64,000 bases of DNA from the IMG/VR virus record IMGVR_UViG_3300034104_004920, positions 33,278 to 97,277 of that record; one strand, 5' to 3'. The notes beneath the pieces are model-generated. The model made no database searches and was not told the origin of the DNA. It was given only the letters and a program-made list of their open reading frames with translations. Positions 47,659-55,909 of the stretch are shown here, one piece after another; positions within the stretch are counted from its first letter, which is position 1, and each line of letters begins with the position of its first letter. The translations under genes were made by a program, and so were the position numbers. Origin of the DNA: a virus.

Positions 47659-48169
47659 GTTCTAGTTCTTTCTTTAAAGAGTTCCACTCCACTGGAACGT
47701 AGTCAACACACTCCACACTTACATTGTAGTATTTTGGGTGTGTGTTGCCACTGCTATCCAACACTCGGCGATGATGTAGATGACCGTGAATGTTGTATTT
47801 CCAACGGTAAAGATTGCTTTCATGCACTGGAATGTGTGACAGCAAACAATCTTCTAAGACATGGTAACCACGAATGTCATCAAAGTAGGGCACATAGTCG
47901 TTCAGCTTGAAAATGTCGTGGTTGCCCTTGATTAACACTTTGCGGCCGTTTAAACGACTTAAAATCTTCAATGCTTTGCGGTTGATGACCACATCGCCTA
48001 GATGATAGACACGATCTTTGGGCGACACCACAGAATTCCAATTCTTCACCAAATCCTCGTCCATGGAGTCCGCGTTATTCCAGGGGCGTAGTTTTGTGTT
48101 GTCGTCTCGCAAAAAGTTACACACACCTTGGTGGCCAAAGTGTGTGTCTGAGATCAAAAAGGTTTTCAT
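47645..48169 (-). CDS. metallophosphoesterase
   Basis: SDTHFGH, HLGD, GNHD, SH.P, IHGHLH. Confidence 0.9.
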   Translation of the reverse strand: MKTFLISDTHFGHQGVCNFLRDDNTKLRPWNNADSMDEDLVKNWNSVVSPKDRVYHLGDVVINRKALKILSRLNGRKVLIKGNHDIFKLNDYVPYFDDIRGYHVLEDCLLSHIPVHESNLYRWKYNIHGHLHHRRVLDSSGNTHPKYYNVSVECVDYVPVEWNSLKKELEHAVL

Positions 48170-48531
48170 GACTTATTCAAGTAAAAGTCTGTTGCTGCCG
48201 CAGCCGGATTTTCAACACCACAGTGTGCTGCAAAATGTTCTAACAATTCGCGTTCGTGTGATGCGTCGTAGATCGAATTGTGGATTGCCAAGTACCCTGC
48301 ATCTTGTGCAGCTGCATAGGCTTCGGGTCCGAAACCAAAGATTTCATACAACACATAACGATATGTTCCGCCGTCCTCAATCTCACCTTTGTAAATTCGG
48401 CGTGAGACTGCACAAAAAGCAGCCAACTGCTGTGAAGGTGTTAACGAATTCCAATAGGCCTCTTGTTCATTTTCGAGTTCTTTCATGGCCTCTGTATAAA
48501 GTCTGGAAAGGTTGTCGAATTCTGCGTTCAT
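48166..48531 (-). CDS. hypothetical protein
   Basis: coupled ORF; start moved to ATG overlapping upstream stop. Confidence 0.6.
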   Translation of the reverse strand: MNAEFDNLSRLYTEAMKELENEQEAYWNSLTPSQQLAAFCAVSRRIYKGEIEDGGTYRYVLYEIFGFGPEAYAAAQDAGYLAIHNSIYDASHERELLEHFAAHCGVENPAAAATDFYLNKS

Positions 48532-48848
48532 ACCAGTGTGCTCCAGTCTGTTGTGTGTGGTAGGACTTCTACTTTTGAACCAGCTGCTACTGCGCCCTTG
48601 ATTAGGAATTCCAGCTGAGAAACACCCCAACTACTTAAACCATAGGATTGAAGATTACACAAGTACTGAGACCCACTGTTACCGTGAAATAACACGCACC
48701 CATCACTCACTTCGAGAGACGCAATACCTGAGTTCAACTGCCAGTTATTGCCTCCCATGTAGCCACCATACCAAACTCCAAAAACTTTGTAGACAGTTTT
48801 GTTTTCTGTTTCAATCTTCAGGACAACCCAGCGATCTGGAATATTCAT
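48528..48848 (-). CDS. hypothetical protein
   Basis: PDRWVVLKI...YKVF..WYGGY..G..W.LNSGI...F.G.SGS.Y.C; GAGG RBS. Confidence 0.65.
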   Translation of the reverse strand: MNIPDRWVVLKIETENKTVYKVFGVWYGGYMGGNNWQLNSGIASLEVSDGCVLFHGNSGSQYLCNLQSYGLSSWGVSQLEFLIKGAVAAGSKVEVLPHTTDWSTLV

Positions 48849-48863
48849 TTTTTCCTCTGTTAG

Positions 48864-48966
48864 TGGTAGGAGAGGTGGGAATCGAACCCACATTACTCCG
48901 CCTTATCTAGACGGTGCTCTACGAGTTTATAAGGCTCGCCCTTAGGCCAATATTAGCAACTCTCCC
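48864..48966 (-). tRNA. 103-nt tRNA-Ile-like RNA with two anticodon-like arms (UAU and GAU)
   Basis: GGGAGAG/CUCUCCU-A-CCA; arm 1 GCGAG-C-CUUAUAA-A-CUCGU; arm 2 CCGUC-UAGAUAA-GGCGG; canonical T-arm. Confidence 0.7.
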
Positions 48967-49055
48967 ATAAGTTAGCATACATTAAAATATCCTTCAGTAA
49001 TTGCAATACTATCTCCCGTTTGCATCGGGCGGAATATTTGTATGCTAACTTATGG
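48965..49055 (-). ncRNA. stem-closed RNA cassette
   Basis: perfect 17-bp inverted repeat ccataagttagcataca / tgtatgctaacttatgg. Confidence 0.45.
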
Positions 49056-49056
49056 A

Positions 49057-49181
49057 AAGAAAGCGGTCTACTATTACACGCTGGTTACACTGTCCAGTCG
49101 TTACCGTTACGCTAGTGAGGCATCCTAGTCGCCAGTAATAGCATTATAGGTTCAGCAGAATTATCCTGCAACCGCTTTCTT
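49057..49181 (-). ncRNA. stem-closed multibranch RNA
   Basis: aagaaagcggt / accgctttctt; inner GCUAUUAC/GUAAUAGU and three short hairpins. Confidence 0.5.
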
Positions 49182-49184
49182 GTC

Positions 49185-49260
49185 TGGTAGGAAAGAGTGG
49201 GATCGAACCACTGACCTATGCTTTATCAAAACATTGCTCTACCAACTGAGCTACTTTCCC
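49185..49260 (-). tRNA. tRNA-Ile(GAU)
   Basis: UU-GAU-AA, A73, CCA. Confidence 0.92.
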
Positions 49261-49269
49261 TTAGTTCTG

Positions 49270-49341
49270 CAGGGGATGATGGACTCGAACCACCGAATGC
49301 TTGAATCAAAATCAAGAGCCTTACCGCTTGGCCAATCCCCT
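49270..49341 (-). tRNA. tRNA-Gln(UUG)
   Basis: UU-UUG-AU, G73; CCA not encoded. Confidence 0.9.
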
Positions 49342-49552
49342 ATAGAATTCGTATTTCGTCGATGCGGTTCCAGGCAATCCAAGCTGTACTGCAGGTGCTT
49401 TCAATGTATTTTAGATCACGAATGCTGCAGTATGGACCGCCAATGATTTTGAAATCTTTTCCAGCCCTCCAGTCTGATAATGCTTCTTCTGCAGAATCGT
49501 AAATCTTTCCGTAACTCGGAAGAAGTACCATTGGTCCCATTGCAAAGTTCAT
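49340..49552 (-). CDS. hypothetical protein
   Basis: P.YG..Y.S.......W..GKDF....GPYCSIRD. Confidence 0.6.
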   Translation of the reverse strand: MNFAMGPMVLLPSYGKIYDSAEEALSDWRAGKDFKIIGGPYCSIRDLKYIESTCSTAWIAWNRIDEIRIL

Positions 49553-49851
49553 AGATCTTCAATCTTTGTTAAGGTCTTTACTTTGTGACCAACAATGGTA
49601 TCTGTTGGTTCGTACTTGTCGCCGGTTTTCTGGTATACCCTGATCAATGCACCGGGATCTTCTGGTGTGCCGGTGATTTTGAAACTAGAGCCTGGAATTT
49701 GTTCTTCTCCGGAGTTAATGATTTTGGTGATCTTGCCGCGAGCAGTACCTCCGCTCGAATTCCAGCTAACGCTGTCTCCTCGTTTAACACTACCGGGTTT
49801 TGCTTTTTCTAGCAGTTCTACTACTGCTTTGTAGAAGGTGGAAGCACTCAT
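49549..49851 (-). CDS. SH3/Tudor-like (DUF2945-like) domain protein
   Basis: GDSVSWNSSGGTARGKI...GT..DP...I......VGHK..TL. Confidence 0.65.
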   Translation of the reverse strand: MSASTFYKAVVELLEKAKPGSVKRGDSVSWNSSGGTARGKITKIINSGEEQIPGSSFKITGTPEDPGALIRVYQKTGDKYEPTDTIVGHKVKTLTKIEDL

Positions 49852-49871
49852 AAGTGTCCTTTATGTGGTTT

Positions 49872-49947
49872 TGGTGGAACGTGCGGGGTTCGAACCCACG
49901 ACCAATAGATTAAAAGTCTACTGCTCTACCAACTGAGCTAACGTTCC
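49872..49947 (-). tRNA. tRNA-Lys(UUU)
   Basis: CU-UUU-AA, CCA. Confidence 0.93.
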
Positions 49948-49959
49948 ATTTAAAACATT

Positions 49960-49988
49960 ATTATAGATGAATAGAGCAAAGATATCAA
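49960..49988 (-). promoter_or_regulatory. sigma70-type promoter
   Basis: TTGATA-17 nt-TATAAT, 12 nt before tRNA-Lys. Confidence 0.7.
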
Positions 49989-49999
49989 ATCTGAAATTT

Positions 50000-50236
50000 T
50001 CAACGATTGAATACGTGACTGAAAATCCAAGTTAGCAAACTAATCAATCCGCTTCCAAGCGCAATAATGCCCCAGCGAAGTGCCGAGTCACGATCACGTT
50101 GTAGTTGTGCTAAAATATTCTTTTCTTCTTGTAGTTCTTTTTCTAGTAATTCTACTTTTTGCTCTAGTCTTGCAAGAGCTACTGCTTTTTCAATTTCATC
50201 AGCCATAGCGGCCTCCCGTCTAATACATATCTCCAA
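50000..50236 (-). CDS. coiled-coil protein with C-terminal TM
   Basis: heptads then WGIIALGSGLISLLTWIF; may start at the internal MADEI (GGGAGG RBS). Confidence 0.6.
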   Translation of the reverse strand: MEICIRREAAMADEIEKAVALARLEQKVELLEKELQEEKNILAQLQRDRDSALRWGIIALGSGLISLLTWIFSHVFNR

Positions 50237-50265
50237 AATTCAAGCTAGTAGCCCTCCTATAAAAA

Positions 50266-50341
50266 TGGTGGAGGATATCGGACTCGAACCGATGACTCCC
50301 TGCTTGCAAAGCAGGTGCTCTCCCAGCTGAGCTAATCCCCC
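50266..50341 (-). tRNA. tRNA-Ala(UGC)
   Basis: G3.U70, UU-UGC-AA, CCA. Confidence 0.93.
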
Positions 50342-50381
50342 ATAATAACTTTGATATGGCTGACGCCATATCAAAACTATT

Positions 50382-50460
50382 TGGTCTGAGTGAGAGGATT
50401 CGAACCTCTGGCCTCCGAGTTCCAAGCTCGGCCGTCTAACCTGGCTGACAATACACTCAG
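50382..50460 (-). tRNA. tRNA-Pro(UGG)
   Basis: C1-G72, A73, CU-UGG-AA, CCA. Confidence 0.9.
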
Positions 50461-50666
50461 ATTGTTTTGTTCTTACAACAGTCCTCAAAAGTTTCGAATA
50501 GTGTTTCAAACTTCAACTGGTATAAGCTGTGAATTCCAGTCAACAGGTTCACAATCTCGTCTTTACTCAAGTCGCGTTCCAAAATGGCTTCGTTGATTAG
50601 CTCTACATCATCAACAACATTCCAGCAGTGAAGAATTTCTTGTTCTAGGTCAAATCGTGTTTTCAT
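50457..50666 (-). CDS. hypothetical protein
   Basis: RFDLEQ.IL.CW.V.DD......N.L.G...LY..KF..LF..FE. Confidence 0.6.
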   Translation of the reverse strand: MKTRFDLEQEILHCWNVVDDVELINEAILERDLSKDEIVNLLTGIHSLYQLKFETLFETFEDCCKNKTI

Positions 50667-50683
50667 AGTGATGTGGTGTGGGT

Positions 50684-50759
50684 TGGTGGAAATAGTTAGA
50701 TTCGAACTAACGACCAATGCCGTATGAAGACACTGCTCTACCTGCTGAGCTATATTTCC
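50684..50759 (-). tRNA. tRNA(CAU): elongator Met or Ile2
   Basis: UU-CAU-AC, paired G1-C72, A73, CCA. Confidence 0.85.
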
Positions 50760-50760
50760 G

Positions 50761-50836
50761 TGGTTGCGGTGCCCTGGAGTCGAACCAGGTTTCTCTGGCT
50801 TATGAGGCCAGCGGATTGCCATCTTCCTCGCCCGCT
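50761..50836 (-). tRNA. initiator-like tRNA-Met(CAU)
   Basis: CU-CAU-AA, unpaired 1:72, 3' end CCGCAACCA. Confidence 0.8.
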
Positions 50837-50845
50837 GTTATAATC

Positions 50846-51040
50846 TCAAACGTAGATGTCAACAGATCCCATGAGGTATTGGTATACTTTTGTAGGATCT
50901 GTATTCCATAATTCTTGCGGTGTGGCTTTTAGAGTTGTGTTGTGTTTGTACCACCAACTATCTCTATATTCTTTTCCTACTAGGGCAGTTACTAACATAA
51001 CACAACGTTTTCTCATTATTTCTTCACTTAAATCGTACAT
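50846..51040 (-). CDS. MbcA/ParS/Xre antitoxin C-terminal-like small protein
   Basis: WW...N..L..TP.EL.......V..YL pattern. Confidence 0.4.
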   Translation of the reverse strand: MYDLSEEIMRKRCVMLVTALVGKEYRDSWWYKHNTTLKATPQELWNTDPTKVYQYLMGSVDIYV

Positions 51041-51132
51041 CAAACAGAACTCCAATAATTATTGCAAAAATAGAAATCATTGCTGTTGATATACTAAACA
51101 GTAGTACTAAAAATATAATACTAACAATAATC

Positions 51133-51468
51133 TTACCAGTAATAGTTATGAGGTTTCTTTTTAAGGTCTGGAATGTCAAATTCTTCCAGATCTGATACTC
51201 TGGCAGCTTCATGTTCTAAGAGATGGTAGTACCGTCGTGTGGGCCGGTTCATTGTTAATCGTGTCCACCATGACGGAGTAGCCATCCAATGGTATTCTAG
51301 ATCCAATTCTTTTCGCTTTTTAGGCTTTAAACCTGGAAGCTCTTTGTACCAGTAGCGCGTCTTTTCATTTTCATTTAAATACGCTACCTTTTCAATATTA
51401 TAATTATAGTCGTATACATCGCGAGGTTTGCGGTGTTTGACTGGAACATCTTTGTGTGTTCTACTCAT
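51133..51468 (-). CDS. basic hypothetical protein
   Basis: GGAGG RBS; MSRT.K...TPSWW.R...RP.RR...PH.YYW. Confidence 0.6.
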   Translation of the reverse strand: MSRTHKDVPVKHRKPRDVYDYNYNIEKVAYLNENEKTRYWYKELPGLKPKKRKELDLEYHWMATPSWWTRLTMNRPTRRYYHLLEHEAARVSDLEEFDIPDLKKKPHNYYW

Positions 51469-51477
51469 AATACCTCC

Positions 51478-51554
51478 TGGTGCCCAAGGCGAGACTCGAA
51501 CTCGCAAAATTTGGCTTCTAAAACCAACACGTATACCAATTCCATCACTTGGGC
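51478..51554 (-). tRNA. tRNA-Leu(UAG), short variable loop
   Basis: UU-UAG-AA, A73, CCA. Confidence 0.88.
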
Positions 51555-51562
51555 TGTTTGAC

Positions 51563-51639
51563 TGGTACCCTCGAAGGGACTCGAACCCTTAAAATTTGGA
51601 TTTTGAATCCAACACGTATACCTATTCCGTCACAAGGGC
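51563..51639 (-). tRNA. tRNA-Leu(CAA), short variable loop
   Basis: UU-CAA-AA, A73, CCA. Confidence 0.88.
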
Positions 51640-51640
51640 T

Positions 51641-51871
51641 TTAAAAGATTGTTACTGCATTAAACTTGTTGTAGTTGTGTTCGTCTTCGTTGTTCCACCA
51701 ACCAAGTGATTCGTGAGCGCCTACCCACGACCGTCCCTTGTTGTAGTTTTCCAACAAAATCAGTTCTGAAATGCCAATAACATTTTTATAGCCGCCTTCG
51801 TAACCACTGACGACTACTTCTAAATCAGGTTCGTAATCTTTCAACAGATTGATGAGTTCGTAGACTTTCAT
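51641..51871 (-). CDS. hypothetical protein
   Basis: MKV.ELI..L....PD.EVVV.GYEGG. Confidence 0.6.
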   Translation of the reverse strand: MKVYELINLLKDYEPDLEVVVSGYEGGYKNVIGISELILLENYNKGRSWVGAHESLGWWNNEDEHNYNKFNAVTIF

Positions 51872-52065
51872 AGGTTTGCTTTGTATTGTTTGATTGCGTC
51901 AGCATCGACAGATGCGTAGACACGGAACTTGTCGCGTCCTACTGTGTCGTAGAACTCGTTATACATTTTTTCTAGGCTTTCGACTTGCTCTGCGGTCAGC
52001 AGACTGCAATGCACAAAGCGGTCAAGAGCCACATCTATCAAAAACTGTTTAGAATAGCCTGCCAT
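51868..52065 (-). CDS. hypothetical protein
   Basis: GAGG RBS behind promoter 52088-52116. Confidence 0.55.
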   Translation of the reverse strand: MAGYSKQFLIDVALDRFVHCSLLTAEQVESLEKMYNEFYDTVGRDKFRVYASVDADAIKQYKANL

Positions 52066-52087
52066 AGTATTCCTCATCAAAGAAACT

Positions 52088-52116
52088 ATTATACAGGCTA
52101 TGATTAAACAATTCAA
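52088..52116 (-). promoter_or_regulatory. sigma70-type promoter
   Basis: TTGAAT-17 nt-TATAAT. Confidence 0.7.
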
Positions 52117-52118
52117 TC

Positions 52119-52925
52119 TTAGATTTCTACAGTCTTCAACCTGAAAGTCTTAGCCAGACTTTCGTATCCAATGTACCCACGAGGATTGCACACTACTCGT
52201 GTGTTTCCAATATTGTAGTCATGCGGATCGTGGGTGTGTCCGTGAAACCACAGTGGCACATTGTTGAAGCCTAGGATATCTTCTTCCAGGTTGTTGTAGT
52301 ATGCCCAGTTAACAGAGTCGTTTGCTGGGTAGCGTGGGTGTTTACTCAGTGAGCTAGGACCATGATGAGTAACAACTACTACGGGCAGGTCTGTGTTTTT
52401 CACAAAACCCATTAGTGCGTTCTTGCTGTGTACATGCCGACTAACACTATCTTTTGCTTTCAGTTTTCTGTACGTGCCACTATCATAGGTGATCTTGGCG
52501 TAGTCGTTCATGGAATATTCAATATCCATCATTGTGAGTGGATCCATGTTGTTCATGTCTGTCCACAGAGTACAACCGTAGAATTCTACGCCATTTACTC
52601 TTAGATGATTGTCTTCCAAAAAGTACACGTTGTTGTAGTTGTCAACAGTCCAGTCACGTAGAACGTCTAGGGTCTTGTTCCACTTGTAATTGTAAAACTC
52701 GTGGTTTCCTGCCACGTAGATCACAGTGTCAAACTCTTTACTGGCTTGATCAAAGAACTTCTTTGTTGCCAAATACGTTTCATGGTATGGGCCTTCAGAG
52801 CTGGCCCTCAGAGCTCGTGCAAGTGTGATGTCTCCTGCACAGACCAGTACGTCTGCATCGTGTGTATTGATCAAGTCCAGTTCACCAAATTCAAGGTGAA
52901 CATCACTGCAAATTGAGATCTTCAT
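52119..52925 (-). CDS. metallophosphoesterase
   Basis: SDVHLE, AGDI, GNHE, THH.P, HGHTH, NPRGY. Confidence 0.9.
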   Translation of the reverse strand: MKISICSDVHLEFGELDLINTHDADVLVCAGDITLARALRASSEGPYHETYLATKKFFDQASKEFDTVIYVAGNHEFYNYKWNKTLDVLRDWTVDNYNNVYFLEDNHLRVNGVEFYGCTLWTDMNNMDPLTMMDIEYSMNDYAKITYDSGTYRKLKAKDSVSRHVHSKNALMGFVKNTDLPVVVVTHHGPSSLSKHPRYPANDSVNWAYYNNLEEDILGFNNVPLWFHGHTHDPHDYNIGNTRVVCNPRGYIGYESLAKTFRLKTVEI

Positions 52926-53109
52926 TTTTTACTTCTTCAGCGGGTGTGTTATTGCTTCTGGTCAATCCTTCGATTACCTGTTGAAGCGTTACAATAGCTC
53001 TTGCTGCTTGTAGCTCCAAACTGGTTGGAGGGGTGTGACCCACCAACACTTCGTCTTTGTAAACAGGTTTTGGATTGTTTAATAGTTGTACTAGAATGTT
53101 ATAGTTCAT
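52903..53109 (-). CDS. hypothetical protein
   Basis: short ORF directly after tRNA-Arg. Confidence 0.5.
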   Translation of the reverse strand: MNYNILVQLLNNPKPVYKDEVLVGHTPPTSLELQAARAIVTLQQVIEGLTRSNNTPAEEVKNEDLNLQ

Positions 53110-53183
53110 GGCCGGGCGTGCAGGAATCGAACCCACATTCAGAGCTTAGAAGACTCCTGTATTCTCCATTATACGAACGCCCG
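53109..53183 (-). tRNA. tRNA-Arg(UCU)
   Basis: CU-UCU-AA, CCA. Confidence 0.9.
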
Positions 53184-53285
53184 GTTTGTGGTTTATTATA
53201 ACTTTTTTCATTGGCTGGTTCAACATCATAATCAATGATGTCATAGTATTCTGGTTTTAAGATAACCAGCTTTTCCCAAGTATCT

Positions 53286-54281
53286 TTATTCATGATTCAT
53301 TTCAACACAGAATTTATTATGGGCCAAGTTTTTGGTCTTAGACTCCAGCATGATATCGTGTGTGTTGGAGAAGCTGTAAGCCCAACGATTACATGAACGA
53401 TTCCAGTAGTAGTCACTGTGCGCGCGCAATTGAGTTTTTGTAAACCCGTTGTTGATCAACAGATCTAGTTCTGGAAGGTCGGACTCGCTCCACACATCAC
53501 TCAACACTTCTTCTCGTGAGACTGAATAGTGGATCACAGGACGTACACCACGCCAACTATCTATCAGTTTCAACACTCGAGTATCGTCTGGTTCGATATA
53601 CTCGCCTGTACGAATCCAGTGATGATGAATGTCTAAGACCAGTGCACAATGATCTATTAATTCCAAGCTGGACTCCAACCCCCACTTGAACTCGTCGTTT
53701 TCGATTGTGATGACGTTTTTAGCCGTACTGCTCAGCTTTTTCAACACACTTTTAATACCGTCTGGGCCCAGCTGACCGCCGATGTGTACGTTGCACTTGA
53801 AGTCTTGAAAACTTTGACCATAACCCATCATTCGGATCATGTCGCAGTGGTATTCAAACTCCATGACGGAGTTTGAGACAACGCCTGGATTGTTGGATGC
53901 CAACACACAAAACTGACCAGGATGGAAACTCAGGCGAACGTCAAGAGAACGGGCTAACTCACCAATCTTTTGAAACTCCCTCACCAAGATCTGTTGGACG
54001 GATGGTTGACAATAAAACCAGAACCAGTCGTCGTGAGTGTAGGCTGGTAGTACATCGCTTGAAATCCGTAGCATTCGGTGACTTGGCGAACGGCCCCCCA
54101 CCCACTTTACCTGCTGAAGTAGTGCGTTTAGATTGTGAGTGATTAGAGCGTGCAACTTTGATTCTGCAGCCTGCTTTGTGGCGTTATTCAACCACGTAAT
54201 AGTGGTAGTCTTGATGTTCGGTACTGGTACATCCTCGAACTTGCAAGCAAAGCCTACTCGATTGATATTTTGATTGAACAT
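53286..54281 (-). CDS. uvsE: UV-damage endonuclease
   Basis: GFACK, RISSD, RLSFHPGQF, IENDE, LDIHHH, HYS, AHSD, MLESK. Confidence 0.92.
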   Translation of the reverse strand: MFNQNINRVGFACKFEDVPVPNIKTTTITWLNNATKQAAESKLHALITHNLNALLQQVKWVGGRSPSHRMLRISSDVLPAYTHDDWFWFYCQPSVQQILVREFQKIGELARSLDVRLSFHPGQFCVLASNNPGVVSNSVMEFEYHCDMIRMMGYGQSFQDFKCNVHIGGQLGPDGIKSVLKKLSSTAKNVITIENDEFKWGLESSLELIDHCALVLDIHHHWIRTGEYIEPDDTRVLKLIDSWRGVRPVIHYSVSREEVLSDVWSESDLPELDLLINNGFTKTQLRAHSDYYWNRSCNRWAYSFSNTHDIMLESKTKNLAHNKFCVEMNHE

Positions 54282-54282
54282 T

Positions 54283-54507
54283 TTAATAAGGCCTCAAATT
54301 CATCCAGTGATCTTCGTTTTCGTCTTCTGGAATACTGTCTACAATCCATCTTTCCAGTTCAGATATACGACCTCCAAGCTGGAGCGTTTGCAGCTCGATA
54401 TTGTGTTCTAGTGGACAAGGTATCAGGTCTCTAGCATTGAATATTTGTGCATTATGTACAATCAGTCTTTTTGGTTTAAAATTTAGTTTATTGAATGGCT
54501 TGCTCAT
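54283..54507 (-). CDS. hypothetical protein
   Basis: ORF behind promoter 54514-54542. Confidence 0.5.
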   Translation of the reverse strand: MSKPFNKLNFKPKRLIVHNAQIFNARDLIPCPLEHNIELQTLQLGGRISELERWIVDSIPEDENEDHWMNLRPY

Positions 54508-54513
54508 GTGTCT

Positions 54514-54542
54514 ATTATAATAGACTAAAAAACTAAAATCAA
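54514..54542 (-). promoter_or_regulatory. sigma70-type promoter
   Basis: TTGATT-17 nt-TATAAT. Confidence 0.7.
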
Positions 54543-54543
54543 G

Positions 54544-55140
54544 TCAGGGATTGTGTAAGTAAAATGCTTTGCTAAAACCGAGTGGAGTAATACTGCGTAG
54601 TTCTTTTGTTTTTTCTGATTTGCCGCCCAGCTTCATGATGGGTGAGTTACCTAAAAGAGGGTATACTGGTTTTTTGACAGGAACATTGAAAACCCCCCAC
54701 AATCCAGTACGCTTGTTATATGCCTCCGATGTTGGGTCGTCTAAGTACCCAGCATAATCACAAGGATTAAAGTAGTACGGCTTTTTTAGGCCTGGAAATA
54801 ATGTATTCAATCGTCCAACTGGATTTTCTAAACACCACCAGACCGGCTTGTAATAGTCTACAAACTCAAACACTTTGTTGACCAATGACACGCTGTAGTC
54901 TGTGCGCCCGTCCAAATCCTTCGCCTTCCAATACTGAGCACCACTGCTTGCAAAGTCTGTGCAGGGAGGAGCTGCCAATATTCCGTGTACACTTTCCAGT
55001 CCCAACTCGCTTGGTACTAGGTCTAATACGTCTATGCCCAATTTTAAGTCAAACCTGTAAACATCATAGCCGGAATTTTTGTAATAACTACTCCAGTTTC
55101 CGCTGTGGTCAAAAAGAGATATTATTGTTTTACAATCCAT
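54544..55140 (-). CDS. small DNA cytosine-C5 methyltransferase-like protein
   Basis: ISLFD.SG (motif I variant), LAAPPCTDF (IV), LENP (VI), K.T.LWG, RS.TP.GF. Confidence 0.75.
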   Translation of the reverse strand: MDCKTIISLFDHSGNWSSYYKNSGYDVYRFDLKLGIDVLDLVPSELGLESVHGILAAPPCTDFASSGAQYWKAKDLDGRTDYSVSLVNKVFEFVDYYKPVWWCLENPVGRLNTLFPGLKKPYYFNPCDYAGYLDDPTSEAYNKRTGLWGVFNVPVKKPVYPLLGNSPIMKLGGKSEKTKELRSITPLGFSKAFYLHNP

Positions 55141-55336
55141 AAAATCGCTTACACACTTTGCAGATTGGATTGGAGTCTAAATCTAATACCAATTCACTAC
55201 TCTTATACCAGATACTACAGCTGCTGCATGTTTCCAAGGTGTTCAGTGGAGCGTCTTCGACTGGTATGTTGAATTCTTTGCAGGCCTCTAAAAGGCTTAT
55301 TTTTCTGCGATAGATACTGTTTTCAAAACTGTTCAT
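55130..55336 (-). CDS. zinc-ribbon small protein
   Basis: CSSC and CKVC. Confidence 0.55.
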   Translation of the reverse strand: MNSFENSIYRRKISLLEACKEFNIPVEDAPLNTLETCSSCSIWYKSSELVLDLDSNPICKVCKRFYGL

Positions 55337-55674
55337 CTTATTTTTCTGTCGTCATTGGTATAAATATCCTTGTGTTGGATGTAATACAAAAGAAAGATTA
55401 GGTTACACACAGCGTGTGCTAAGTGGCTTTCGCCTGTTTCAGGATCCAGATCACGTCCTCGAGTCCACTCAAAGATGTGGCGCAGAGTGGCTGAAATTAC
55501 TCGTGTGTACTTAAAACCTGATCCCTCACTCCAGTTCCAGGCTGAGTACTTCTGACTACCGAAGTGTAACACTCGTACCACAGGCTCCAGGGCTTCCATT
55601 GGGATCAAACTCCAGTCCAGTTTGGAGCTGTCGTGTTTGACTGGAGATATTTGTTTTGTTAGGTTATCATTCAT
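55333..55674 (-). CDS. dATP/dGTP diphosphohydrolase-domain protein (DUF5664-like)
   Basis: K.D..K..WSL.P......V..VL.FG..KY..WNW..G.......A..RH...W..G...DPE.G.SHLAHA.CN..FL. Confidence 0.82.
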   Translation of the reverse strand: MNDNLTKQISPVKHDSSKLDWSLIPMEALEPVVRVLHFGSQKYSAWNWSEGSGFKYTRVISATLRHIFEWTRGRDLDPETGESHLAHAVCNLIFLLYYIQHKDIYTNDDRKIR

Positions 55675-55909
55675 TTATAGTAAAAATTAGAGGGCCCGGT
55701 ACTTCCCCGGGCAAAAAGAACGGTACCTTTCTTTTAAGCACGATTACCCTGTGCTTCTAGTATAAAACGCAGATATAACACAATTTCTGCAAATAACTGC
55801 CGTGCGGGTTTTGTAGAGGTTTGTGTAGTATTTCTACGCTTGCGAACGGCTTAGGGACTATTTTTTTGCTTCTTGGCTACTCGCCTGTTAGAGGTAAATG
55901 CCAAAACCT

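Noticed and set aside
55333-55674. Z-genome (2-aminoadenine) pathway
   Set aside because: No purZ in the window; the hydrolase domain alone is not diagnostic
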